This document shows, piece after piece, positions 33,450 through 45,883 of a stretch of 64,000 nt of DNA. The stretch is from Anthoceros angustus (lineage: Eukaryota; Plantae; Anthocerotophyta). The notes below the pieces were generated by a model. It saw only the letters and a program-made list of their open reading frames with translations. It searched no databases and was not told the DNA's origin. The stretch lies in the NCBI GenBank assembly GCA_010909165.1, contig VJWM01000044.1, positions 1,116,001-1,180,000 on the forward strand, written 5' to 3'. Each line of letters starts with the position of its first letter. Position 1 is the stretch's first letter. The position numbers and the translations under genes are program-made.

Positions 33450-35554
33450 ACGTGTATTGCACAAGTCTGTTTTAGTGTACATCATTTTGGTAGGCGGGTT
33501 ACTATCTCTCTTGACCACGACAGAGTCTACCCGGTTTGCAATTCTTTTTCCCCTACGCCCTTGCAGTCAGTTGCAAATCGCTTGTAGTTCCCGATGAATG
33601 GATTTTCTCCATGATTGCCCAGTTTTGTTCTGACAAGCGTTCTCTGAGCTTCTCTCCTTGGTAGGTTTGTGTGCAACTTTCTGCCACTGGCAATAACGGT
33701 TTGTGGCCCTAGCCCATTATGGGTAGTACCATACAAGGTTATCAATTAGCATTATGTTTGACTGGAATTAAAGGACCATAGCTACTTCTCCAGTCGTGAT
33801 TTTTGACGACAATTGATGCACCTGCGGATCTGGCTTCGTGGGAATCACTCCCGCAGTGCTGATCCGCGTTTTGATCTCCTCTGGTTTATATTGTGTGTCC
33901 GGTAAGGTGAGTTTCCATGCGGGGCACCCTGCGCTCAGGTTGGATACCTCCCGGGTCTCTTCATGGTTACGGAAATCGCAATCCCTCGTCACGAGACGTG
34001 TGATGTCCTCTCGTCTAGACTGTCTACGGGTAAGAAGTATAGAGAACGGAAGAGAGATTCGAGCGAGCTGAAGTCTCCAAAGAGTACGCGGGTGACAAAA
34101 TAGGGACCTGAAAAATCTGTAAACCCTGAACGCTTGAATGACTCAGGCTGAGCCGTTTTGGCGGTGTTTTCCGGTGCTTGAATTTTTTGGACTGTGATTT
34201 CCGGGGAGGGACAATGCAACACAATACATTAATGATACATTTTAAAATTCATTAATGTTGGATTCATACGGAGTCGAACGAGGAACTACCTCTCAAAAAT
34301 TGGAGAATTCAACCACCTGACTGATGTTGAGTGTCAATGAAGTGAGCTCAGGCCTGTGAGATTTGTGAGATTTGTGAGATTTCTCTACGCCCACGAGGTC
34401 CATAGCCATTGCATAGGCGGTGGTAGAATGGTAGGAACGAGATTGTTGTTGACTTTGCAACTGTGCTAAAGATTCTTTGCGGTTTCAAAAGCTCAAGCTG
34501 CTTGAGACAATGACCGAAACTTTAGCTGCAATGCAACATGCGAGTTGTCTTGGCTAATGCTACGCAATCCAATGCTATACAGGAAAGCATACCATCTAAT
34601 GTGACACGAAATAGTTCTTCTAAGGAGAATCCTCCGGCTCGCTTCTGTGGTGGTCTAGCTGTGGGGAGGAGATGGTAGCCCATTGTCGGGTGGTTATGGA
34701 GGTTTAAGAGGCTAATCTATAAGCCATGGCCCTAATGCGAGTTGAACTTCAGTTTTTTATGAAAGATACATCTTTCGTTTTCTCCCAAAATGCTTTATTT
34801 TGATAGCAAATTTGAATACTTATATTCGAAGTCCTGCACTGGGATTTTTGACCAACCTTGTAGGCCACAAACAATGGGCGACCCTGCACATTGCGGACAC
34901 GAGGACATGATGTTCTTATAAGAGGTGGCTTTATGAGACCAAAGCCCCTCTAGCCCCACCGGATCAGTGCTGCGGATGTTTAATCGTGGACTTCCAATGA
35001 ACCCATGTGTGGATGTCACTCATTGAAGGGAGGACTTTTCCCAAAAATCATGTGTCATAGCCCACTAAATAAGTGCATGTCTCATAGCACTATAGCTTAT
35101 GCTCCTTAACATTTAATTGTGGAGTTCCAATGAACCCATGTGTTGTTGTCACTCTTTGACATTAGCCACTAGATGAGTGCATGCTTCGTGGCACTATAGT
35201 TTGTGCTATCCCGGTTAGATAACCATGGAGAAATTGTTAAACCCACGGGAGAGATTGAGGGCTGAGGTTTTGACGGAATCAGAAGAAAGTTAGACCAATC
35301 GATCCATAAACTCGAGCGGATTGTACACTAGAATTCCTAGAAATTTAAAAAATAAATTATTTGAGTTATAGTAAAAAAAATTCACTTTTTTAGAGAAACT
35401 TTAGCATGCCTCGATACGGACCCGTCTTGCCTTAAGGTTCCGTCGTGATGAGGTTGTTCAGGTTCCGTCCTGATGAGGTTGTTGAGGTTTAGGATTGTGT
35501 GCCTTTAGGACAAATTTGGAACTAAGAATTCTACAATTAAACACAGTTATAGCG

Positions 35555-35652
35555 ACAATATCCATCGAAGTAGTTATAACGACAGTATGCATCGAAGTAA
35601 TTATAACGACCTGTATCCATCCACCGAAGTAGTTATAGCGACTGTATCCATC
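35555..35652 (+). repeat. ~27-bp tandem repeat x~4
   Basis: tatccatcgaagtagttata(a/g)cgac units. Confidence 0.8.
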
Positions 35653-35842
35653 AATGTTCCCTAATGTGCCCTAAGGTTCTCCATCAATAGATCTTGTATT
35701 GCAACGGATACAGACAATATGTAATAAGACACCTATCCGACTATATGTGAGCTTAACCATTCTAGTTAGGAGCAAGAACATCTTAACATCTTTACCCTTG
35801 TTTAGATTAATCTTATTAGCATTTACTGGTAAAATAGTCATG

Positions 35843-35962
35843 TCTTGCACTTCATGCAAACTCTTGCACTTCATGCAAACTCTTGCACTTCATGCGAACT
35901 CTTGCACTTCATGCAAACTCTTGCACTTCATGCAAACTCTTACACTTCATGTGAACTCTTAC
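35843..35962 (+). repeat. 19-bp tandem repeat (tcttgcacttcatgcaaac)x6
   Basis: Read directly. Confidence 0.92.
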
Positions 35963-37011
35963 ATCATTTCAACCCTAGAGACCACCATCAATATCGTATC
36001 ATATCCTGTAGTATTATATTATATTATGTCGTTTCATATTGAATCAAGATTTTAGAATTAAATATATTTAGGATGAATATATTCCATAATTGCTGATCCA
36101 CTATGTGTACCTACTTGATTGAAAACACGCAAACAAGAAGATTGGCTCGTTAAAGGAGAAGGCGGGAAGAAGTGAAAAGTACAGGAGCGGTTTTGCACGC
36201 ATAGTCCGGTTTTCGGCTTGGAGAAAATCTGGGAAGGCCTTAAACGTTTAACTTAGATACAGACGGGGTCCACAGTACAGAAAAATTCAAAATCGGTGTG
36301 AAGAAGCGAAGCGTATGAGGTATACGGGAAGGGGAGGGAAGATTGGTTGTTTTCTCGAAGCTAGCACGCGATGGCCTGACTTGGCATCTCTTTCTCTCTC
36401 CACCTTCCTCGCGCTGGACTGCTGGAGAGACAGCAGCTGGGCTGGCCTCATCCAGGCTCCGACAACGCCTAGGCCTTGCTGGTCGTGTGTTGCAAGCCAG
36501 TCTACATACATCGTTGCTGCTGCTGTTGTTCGTAGGGCAGATTTGCCACTCTCCGGCCGCGCTGCAAACTCTCGCACACGTAGTCTCTGACTGCACGGGA
36601 CATGCGTCTGGTCAGGCGGCTGCAGGTACGGCCAAAGGCACGGCCTCAGGCTGCGGCTTCCATGCAGTGACAGGGCGGGAAGGACGGTGGAACGGCGGCG
36701 GTGGCGGCGGCGGCGGCTCGCCGGGCCATGGTTTGTCAAAGGCGGGGCTGGGGCATTGAGCATGAGTAGGTTGAGTCGCAGGGGACCATGTCTGTGCAGG
36801 AGCAGGAGGCGGGGACATGTTCCCGGGTCTAGAGCGCATTGCTATGGCCCTGTAACTGCTGGCTTCAGCCGCTGGTTACCACGGCTGGTGTTTCTCTAGG
36901 GATCCCTAGGCCAAGAGGGGTGCGAGGGAGCCGCGGAGCAGCTGATCTGTCGGTTCTTGAATTCCGGGGCCCTGCCTTCCTGCGAGCTGGCTCGCTACAT
37001 AGGTTTGGCAG

Positions 37012-38631
37012 ATGGCGAAAGGGAGAGCGGCCAAGAAATACGTGGATTCTTACACGGTAAAGGGCACGACAAAGGTTGTTAGAGGTATGGCGTACTTGCC
37101 CTTGCTGTTTTGTTTGATTTAGTCGTCTTGCTCACCATTTGGTAATCGCAAGAACGTCGGGCCGTGCAGCTGGAGATTGTGTGCTTATGCGGGCAGCGGA
37201 CCCAGACAAGCCCGCTTACGTAGCTAGGATAGAGAGGATAGAGGTTGATGTGAGGAACAATTACAAGGTTCGGGTGCGATGGTATTACCGGCCGGAGGAG
37301 TCTATGGGGGGGAGGCGGCAGTTCCATGGGGCTAAGGAGTTGTTTCTGTCGGACCACTACGACGTGCAGAGTGCGGAATCTATTGAGGGAAAATGCACTG
37401 TGCACTCCTTTAAGAACTATACGAAGCTTGAGAGCGTTGGCACTGATGATTACTTCAGCCGCTTTGACTACAAGGCGTCGACAGGAGAGTTCAACCCGGA
37501 TAGGGTTGCCGTGTATGTCTCTCTGTTCTTAACCGGCCATGTTTGCGTGTAGTCCTATTTTTGAGCTTGATTATGCCTCGCTTCGTCGTGCTTGTGTTTG
37601 GCAGACGTGCGTGCTTGGGCGTGACGTGAGCCCGCTGTGTCTGTGCAACTGATGATGTGGTTCGACCTTGCGAGACGCAGATATTGTAAATGCGAAATGC
37701 CCTACAATCCTGATGATCTGATGGTGCAGTGCGAAGCGTGTAAGGACTGGTATGTACCCTTTTACATTGCCGGTGATTTGGGTTCCATATTTTTTTCAGT
37801 TCTGCGTTGGGGAGAGGTGGAGGAGCTACTGAAATGTGTGCACTGCAGTGGACGCTGCACCTCTACCCTGATACTTCTTGTCGTCCTTGTATGTTTAGGT
37901 TCCATCCTACCTGCATGAACATAACGACAGAGCAGGTGAAAAAAATGGAGCATTTCCTCTGTCCTGACTGCGAGGCGCAAGTTGCTGAAAAGAAGGGTAA
38001 AACCTTAAACAAGGCGTCACCTCCTCCTGATACCCCTAAGGTATTCTTGGTTTCGTGACTTGGGCTAGCCGTTGAATGTCTGGCAGTTGCTTGCCTATTC
38101 ATTGCACGATGATTGGTTGCTTGGATGAATCACTTAAGTCCAATAGATGGCTGTGGCATGGAGGTTGACTGTAAGAGAGTTCAGTGTGGATGGAGTTTCA
38201 GCTCCCTCTCGCAGACCTTCACTAAACTTCAAATGTCTGTACAGACAACGTGGGCTTGAAAATTTTGTTTGCATCTGTTCTTGTGTGGTGGGGAACAAGA
38301 TCGTGAGATACACTAATACTAACTCTGTTCTAAGGATTTTAGGTTCACGGCCGGCCTACTTGTGACACACCCATTTATGTAATTATACTGGACTCAGACC
38401 GTTGTGGTCTAAGCTTTTGTGTTTTCATTAAATCACATTTGAATGCACTGTTCGCAAACATTGATGCTGGTTGGAGTCACATCAGGAATAGAGTTGCTGA
38501 GACAGGACTGGGATTTGCAGTGTTGATTTCTGTCTTCCTTTTTCAGCTGAAGATGACTTTGCCGAGCTTTGTCCTAACCTTGTTGATGTTGCGGCTGAAC
38601 GCAGTCAGAAGCCAAGCGACGTAAGAGATGA
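37012..38631 (+). CDS. EBS: BAH-PHD chromatin reader, EBS/SHL family (5 exons)
   Basis: [24 protein letters not shown]|[22 protein letters not shown]...[30 protein letters not shown]...FNPDRVAV|[23 protein letters not shown]|FHPTC...FLCPDC...|[11 protein letters not shown] versus SHL cannot be resolved by eye. Confidence 0.95.
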
Positions 38632-41271
38632 CCGAGGAAAGATCGTATGTGTGCCAGCATGATGATGAAGCAAGAAAGTGACTTATCTGGCAACAAAGGC
38701 TTCCCGCACGAGTTTTGTGCAACCTTGTAGTTTGAGCTGCGATAAGGAAAGTGTTGATGGATACAACGGCATTGATGGGCTGTGGAGCAGGACGAGAACT
38801 TCTGAAGTGATGACCCGACTGAGTCGGGCGCTCTATGTTTCTGGCTTCAGACCTGCAGCGGGGAATTTGGGAAGCTCCCTGCTGGTATGGGTGTGTCTCT
38901 AAGAAACGTTTTCCGACCCCGGCTCATTCTCTGTACTCTTATTATTTGTGGTAAATAGGGATCGTCACTTCAAAGAAGTGGTGAATTTGTTCAGGTGCCC
39001 AGAGTCCTCTGCCTCCGGGCCTCAGCAGTAGCGAGCAAGACAATTACGCAGATTTTCTCAAGGTAGTTCCTTTTTGACACTCTAATCATCGAACTTAGCA
39101 ATTTCAGTAGAATTCTAGTACCTATATATGTAGGTCCATGGGTAGTAGGTACGAAAGATGAAAGTACAGCTGGCATGGCTCCGCACGGAACTAGGTGCAC
39201 AACTTTGGTCGTCAATTCTACCTGTGAAAAGGGACATCGAATGTTGTTCATTAACTTTATGTCAAAAGTTATTATTATTTTAGTATTAGATAATCGATCA
39301 ATCAATTAATATTATTATCAGAATATTAGGTTTTTTATTTTGCTCTCTATTTTTCTAAGGTAATCAAGGGAGTCACAGACCCAAGCAATGTCCGAGCATA
39401 ACCCCCTCATTTAAGATGAATAAGAGCAATGGACCTAGGCAATCTCAATTATCACAATGAAGGTCAATTAGTCTTCTAAGCATACAAGCATGGTTTCTTA
39501 TCAAGGTGATTGTAAGATGTTATGATCTTCTAAATGTAGCTATAGGCACTACACAAGGTGATTGTAAGATGTTATGATCTTCTAAATGTAGTAGAACATA
39601 AGTGCCCGTGCGATGTTGTCACATGGACTTTTTGCCTATCATGAGAACCGTGAGTTGGTGGTGCATTGAATTGCATAGCACAACAACCTTTGGGATTCTC
39701 ATGCTCATTTAGCTTTGGCAGGTCTACCTGCCTCCTCTTCCTTCCTTTAGGAGCCAACTTCCAGCAGGTCTGCTCCGTATTTGATTTTTAAGCTAGACTA
39801 TATAGATTAATATCGTTTGAACACCATTGATGTGTTGTTGCAATATTTTTCTGCGTGTTTTAACCCTCTGCTAATTTCAAAAGGGAAGAGCATGTCATTA
39901 AAAAAAGGGTTTGCTTAAAGATGCTGCGAGATGTTCTCGAAAACCTTCTTTAATGATAGAATTCTTAAGACACGCTTTATTATACTCTTTGGCATGTAAC
40001 AAATAACAAAGTAGTAGCACGTTCCCATAAGCCTTTATGGAGGCTTATCTCAAGCTTCAAAAATCAATCGGAGCTTAAAAATTTCAAGCATGCAAAACCA
40101 CAAATGGAATTGACAATTGTAAAGGGTAGGTGGTCAATCTATAATATTTTTGGAAACTGAATTGTAACATTCTTCATATGTTGCTTGAAAGATTTCATTA
40201 CGACGATTTGTTATATAGAACCTCTAAAAAAAATAAAATTTAAGAGTTCTCTTTAGCCTGCTAAACAAGTTGTGGCACCAGGGAAAAATAAGGATAAACC
40301 TAATTTTGTAATTCAACAAGGTTGATTTATATGTAGCTCACTCACCCTGGCAAGTGTGCGCATCTTCTAGACAAGAGTTGAACACTAGCTTAATTGAACT
40401 TCTAAGTACCAATTGTGTATAGAGAGATAAAGCCTCTAAACACTAATTAATAATTAAAAATATTATCCATAGCGACATGAAACTCCCTAACTTTACTTCA
40501 CTTTATTTTTACATGTTTTAAAAGCTCGCACTAGGGAACTTAATATGTGCCATGACAGCGAAGACGTAACCTAGGCTTTTTTAGTACATGTGATTTTGTC
40601 TTTGCGCCATTTCCTTTCGTCTTGTTTTAGTATTTGACTGTAGGGTCAAAAACTATTCGACAAATATGGGAAAAATTGTTATTGACAAATATGGAAAAAA
40701 CTGTTCTTGGACAAATATGAAAATGTAGAATGGACGTAAGTATCTTTATTAATGACATTTTTTACTATTACTGGATTATTTTTTGAGTTTGGTTGTTGTG
40801 TTAAGGCGGCACATGGTAGTGGCATGTGGTAGTTTCAACATATGTTCTGATAGTTTGTTTTTGTGGAAACGGGTTTTGTTGGGGGACTATTAATAAATTG
40901 TAAGAATTATATATTTACACTAAAGAGCTTCTACACTGCTGATGTATTCTTTGAAAACTAATATTAAAAAATATAATTGAATAAATAAATCATTTTTAAT
41001 CTTAAATATTTCCAAGTATAGAAAACCAATTATAACCAAGTTAGATATTCAACTTAAATAAGTTTTTGAAAAATCCAGTGGTTAAAGAATAATCCTCAGT
41101 CCACATCAAAATTCATTCGAAATTCATTCGAAATTCATTCGAATAATTTCTTTGAAATCAAAAAATATATGGAAAGATGTATAGTGTTCTAGAATAATGC
41201 TAGCAACTTCTTGGATATCAAGGGATGTGTCGACAAGTATACTATCTTCTTTGATATCCACGACTATAGCC

Positions 41272-42624
41272 TCATGCATGAAGCTGCTCTTTAACATCAA
41301 CCACAACCGCTGTAGAGCCATCTGCTATAGGTGCAGGTTCGACGGGTTGAATGGGGTTTTTTCGATATACATAGTAAAGAGTAACTTGAATAACCCCCAA
41401 GAAGAAACCTAATCCGTTTGGAATCTGTATGTCATAAAAAAATAATTTTTAGATTAAAACCTTGCCCAAATAAGCCAAATATCTTACATATATTTATAAA
41501 TAAACCTATAATAAAAGTTTTAAAACTTACCAAAATGTATGGATCAAAGTACCCGGGCATGATGGCATACAAGCTCCAAACCAAACCATTTGCGATTAAT
41601 GTGATTGATAAATAAAGAGGTAAAGATTCTGCGCTCTTGGTACGAATGACCTTTCTCTGCATTTAACAATTAGTAGCTTTATCAAATCACATTGAGGTTT
41701 ATCAATCTCTTCCACTACATGTACATATTTAGATATCCCCATATAACAAAACATAGAAAGAGTTCAAATGGATTGCTCGTACCAGTACACTTAAAGGTGA
41801 TGCGTACATCAAAGTACAGAAGATAACACAAATGAGACCCATGATGAGCTTTCTCTCGCTAGTCTTGTGTACAGCCAACAATACGGGTAAAACCACCGCC
41901 AAAGAAATAGTTACCACTATAGTGAACATCTCCGCGATTTGAGCCTACACACGATGCAATGTAATAGGAGCTAAATATATGAGCGTATTATACTACACTA
42001 CTCATAACAATAATAATAATTAATCAAAGATGAGAAGCTCAAAAAATAGACACTACAACAACAACAAACCCGAATTTTGCGTCTCGCGTAATAAAAAAAG
42101 ATGGCAATATAAATAAGTTGCATAACAACTCCGATTCCATTGATAGTGTACACCAAGGTGCCATCCTTTTGAATTTTTTTTGATCCATAAAAGACCCAAA
42201 ACACACAATTGAGGAGGGTGCAAAGATACGTGACAGGAGAGTATTGCAAAGTAGTAGAGCTCTTATACATCTCATAGAAAATTTGTCTACATTCACCCAA
42301 CATCATCAAAGTCAATCCTAAGCCAACATATCATCATGATGAAGAAACGGCTATAAAAACCTTTTATTCATAGAAGAGTTAATAGAACTCACAGAGGTGA
42401 TAAAAAGATGCTTAGTGATGTCACATTACCTATCTCACATTTAACATAATTAATTAAGTTAACAAAAAATCATAACAATACACACCAAAAATATGAAACA
42501 CAAGTTAAGGAACTTTTAAATTCGACCTCAATACCTATACAATAATTTCAGAAAATTATGATTACTCACCAATAATACCAAACACAAGCCGAGCAATTCG
42601 AGCATGGTCGTGAGCTCCAGTCAT
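41272..42624 (-). CDS. SWEET: SWEET bidirectional sugar transporter (MtN3/saliva; 6 exons)
   Basis: MTGAHDHARIARLVFGII|GNVTSLSIFLSP|LQIFYEMYKS...YLCTLLNCVFWVFYG...TINGIG...MYASPLSVL|RKVIRTKSAESLP...NGLVWSLYA...DPYIL|IPNGLG...QVTLYYVY...EQLHA*. Canonical SWEET exon layout. Confidence 0.93.
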
Positions 42625-42648
42625 GTTTCTAGAGGAGTTTATATCAGT

Positions 42649-42812
42649 CACAGAGCTAATCAGAGCTTCAAAGACAATAGACGCACAAATCAGAATGGCA
42701 GAAGCAAAGACAATAGACGCACAAATCAACCACAGAGCTAATCAGAGCTTCAAAGACAATAGACGCACAAATCAGAATGGCAGAAGCAAAGACAATAGAC
42801 GCACAAATCAAC
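42649..42812. repeat. ~82-bp tandem duplication just upstream of the SWEET ATG
   Basis: cacagagctaatcagagcttcaaagacaatagacgcacaaatcagaatggcagaagcaaagacaatagacgcacaaatcaac x2; internal caaagacaatagacgcacaaatca x4. Confidence 0.9.
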
Positions 42813-43086
42813 CTACGAATGACAGAAGATTATTCAGGTCTAGAGGAGAGCCTAATGGTTGGAGAGTTAATCCGACATACAAATTAGCCCACAAATGATA
42901 TGTGGACATCTTATAACACCATCACCCATTGAATTAGAAACTTTTTGATTATAAGAATTTTTAAACAAGACTGAATTTCAGATGTCCAAAATAAACATCT
43001 ACTTTTATAGGACTCTCAAATATTATCCAAATTTAAAATATTTTATGTGGCCTACAATGTATATTCCCATACAGGTAGGGTTCTTT

Positions 43087-43282
43087 AGATAGAACTTCTA
43101 AACACATTTTGAGAGGCTCGATATGGTCAGTCTTGTTGTGATAGAACTTCTATATACATTTTGAAGAGGCTCGATTTGGTCGTGTTCTTTTGATAGAACT
43201 TCTATATTCATTTTGAAGAGGCTCGATTTGGTCGTTTTCTTTTGATAGAACTTCCAGACACATTTGAGAGGCTCGATTTGGC
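43087..43282. repeat. ~53-bp tandem repeat x4 upstream of MZT1
   Basis: gatagaacttc...catttt(g)agaggctcgat(a/t)tgg units. Confidence 0.85.
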
Positions 43283-43417
43283 GTATAAAACCGGTGGCTG
43301 CAATGAAAAGGTAAAAACGAGGGAAAGGTGAAAGCCAAACGACTGTCCCAATGAGAGAGGGTTAATTTACATGTATGTAGCTCGCACTGGAAAGTGTGCG
43401 CTGCGGCCAAGCGAGCT

Positions 43418-43615
43418 ATGGACACAGTGGGATTGCAGCAGGCGAGGGAAGCGCTGGACGTGGTGGTGGCCATGTCCAATTTGCTGCACACTCGTCTCGA
43501 TAGGCAGACCCTCGCCATTTTGGTGGCGCTGTGTGAAAACGGAGTCAATCCTGAGGCTTTGGCTGCCGTTGTAAAGGAGCTCCGCCGGGAGGCTGCGGCT
43601 TTGGCTCAGAATTGA
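43418..43615 (+). CDS. MZT1: Mitotic-spindle organizing protein 1 / gamma-tubulin complex GIP (MOZART1), single exon
   Basis: MDTVGLQQAREALDVVVAMSNLLHTRLDRQTLAILVALCENGVNPEALAAVVKELRRE, the MOZART1 signature GVNPEALAAVVKELR. Confidence 0.93.
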   Translation: MDTVGLQQAREALDVVVAMSNLLHTRLDRQTLAILVALCENGVNPEALAAVVKELRREAAALAQN

Positions 43616-43842
43616 TAGTTTGATGACGCGGGGTGGACTGTGCTGGATTTCAGCTTCGTGATGCATGTTTTGGCGACAGGATGTTTTGGAGATGTGTTTG
43701 GTCTGGTTGAGTTCGTGAATGCGTGTGAATTGGCTGGAGTTGAGGGAAGGGTCTGGGACTAGGAGAGAAGGGTTCTTGTGGGGCGAGGTCTGTAGTTGTA
43801 GGAGTCTTGCAGTGACGAGGAGCTGGAGCTTTCTTGCTGGCC

Positions 43843-45104
43843 ATGATTGCATTAGGGTTTGAAGGTTCTGCAAACAAGATCGGCATCGGAATTGTGAAGT
43901 CTGATGGCACGATTCTTGCTAATCCGCGGCACACCTACATCACTCCTCCCGGCCATGGCTTTCTCCCTCGAGAGACCGCCGTGCATCACCAGCAGCATGT
44001 TCTGCCGCTGGTGCGGGCCGCCTTGAAGGAGGCGGGGATAGAAGGGACTGACATTGACTGCCTTTGCTACACCAAGGGGCCTGGGATGGGGGGGCCTTTG
44101 CAGGTGTCCGCTGTTGTGGTTAGGGTTTTGTCGCAGCTGTGGAAGAAGCCGATTGTGGCTGTGAACCACTGCGTGGCACACATAGAAATGGGGAGGGTTG
44201 TGACGGGGGCGGTTGATCCTGTAGTTCTTTACGTCAGTGGGGGAAACACGCAGGTAATTGCGTACAGTGAGGGCAGGTACAGGATTTTTGGGGAAACCAT
44301 CGACATCGCTGTGGGCAACTGTTTGGACCGGTTCGCCAGGGTGCTGAAAATTTCAAACGATCCTAATCCTGGCTACAACATCGAGCAGGTAATCGCTATC
44401 GATCTGTTCGACATTTGAGCTAATCTTTCCGTCTTTGGTCGTTAGTGTGCTTGTTTTGCTGACTTCAAGAATGTCACGTCTGGCGTAAGTGACACAGCTA
44501 GCCAAACATGGGAAGGAGTTCATTGAGCTGCCGTATGTGGTGAAAGGCATGGATGTCTCCTTCAGTGGCATCCTGAGCTTCATTGAAGCCGCTGCCACTC
44601 AAAAACTAGCTGCCAACGAGTGTTCTCCAGAAGACCTTTGTTTCTCGTTGCAGGTGCGTTCTGGCTTACTTTCTGGTAACATGCCTTGTTCGTATATATG
44701 TGTGGAAAGTAACTACGTCGGTAGCCGCCAACCCAACGGGCTTACAGGCTTCGTATTGCTGTTTTGCTCAGGAGACGGTGTTCGCAATGCTCGTGGAGAT
44801 CACAGAGAGGGCAATGGCTCACACCGATAAGCAGGATGTTCTGATAGTAGGTGGGGTTGGATGCAACATGCGGCTGCAACAGATGATGCAGGTCATGTGT
44901 GATGAGAGGGGGGGCAGGCTCTTCGCAACTGACGACCGATATTGCGTGGACAATGGAGCCATGATCGCATACACAGGCCTTTTGGCGTATGATCATGGAA
45001 TCTCTACCCCAATGGAAGAAACAACTTGCACGCAGAGATTCCGGACCGATGAGGTCCTCGCTGTATGGAGGGGCAAGCCAGCTAGCGAGTTTGTGGCTAC
45101 CTAA
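43843..45104 (+). CDS. KAE1: tRNA t6A37 threonylcarbamoyltransferase (KEOPS Kae1/OSGEP), 3 exons
   Basis: [105 protein letters not shown]. Confidence 0.97.
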
Positions 45105-45883
45105 GTACGTAAGTTCCAATCAATTAAACCACACTCGTGAACTGCTCACTGTCTACAACATGACATCGTCGTCCTTTCAGACTGTCATCCTGCTACCTCC
45201 AAATCAAAACGTGCTGAAATCCTAGGCTGCTTTTCACGCCCCCCGTTCATGCTTCGTCGTGAAAACCAGGTTGTTCGCGAATACTGGCTCGTGGACTGAA
45301 TAGGAGGGACAGATGTCATAGCGGCGTGTATCCTTGTTTCACGACGAGTCCCAGCAGCACCATCAGAAGCCTTATAAGGAGAGCGATGGTCGGGCTCGCG
45401 CAGGGCTGATCGGACGACTTGAACGTCACCAGGACAGTGAGCAGATAGTCCGGTCAAGTGGTGTCGAGCAAGGTCTGGGACAGGAAGGCTCCTTCTGCTC
45501 CTCATGCAAGTTATGTACCAGCAGGGCTATCACTCCCGCTGATTTTGTGGCCTTTGTGTCCATCCTGAAAGCTCGTAGCAGCGTGGGACAGCAGCTCCGT
45601 GCCTAGATTCGGAGGAAAGGGCGGGAGCCTTTGCGATGGTCCGTGGCCGTCTGGTGGACTACACATGTTCAACAATACGGCCGTGAAGGATGTGTTCAAA
45701 TGGAATAGCTGTATCCAAAATCGACCATTACGTGATCTTTGGCAGAGTGCACGATGGATCAAACGTGACACGAGAATTTGTGGTCATGTAGAACACTGCA
45801 CTCCACTTTAACCCAGTGGACGTGTCTGCTGTCTGCCTACATTGCCATATGAAAAACTCGATGGAATGTATGTCGGACGGTGA

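Noticed and set aside
35555-35962. Short repeat arrays as a CRISPR
   Set aside because: Contiguous tandem units without unique spacers, eukaryotic context, and no cas genes.
45185-45811. Small ORFs between KAE1 and the reductase
   Set aside because: No recognisable homology or splice-consistent model; probably 3' UTR or intergenic.
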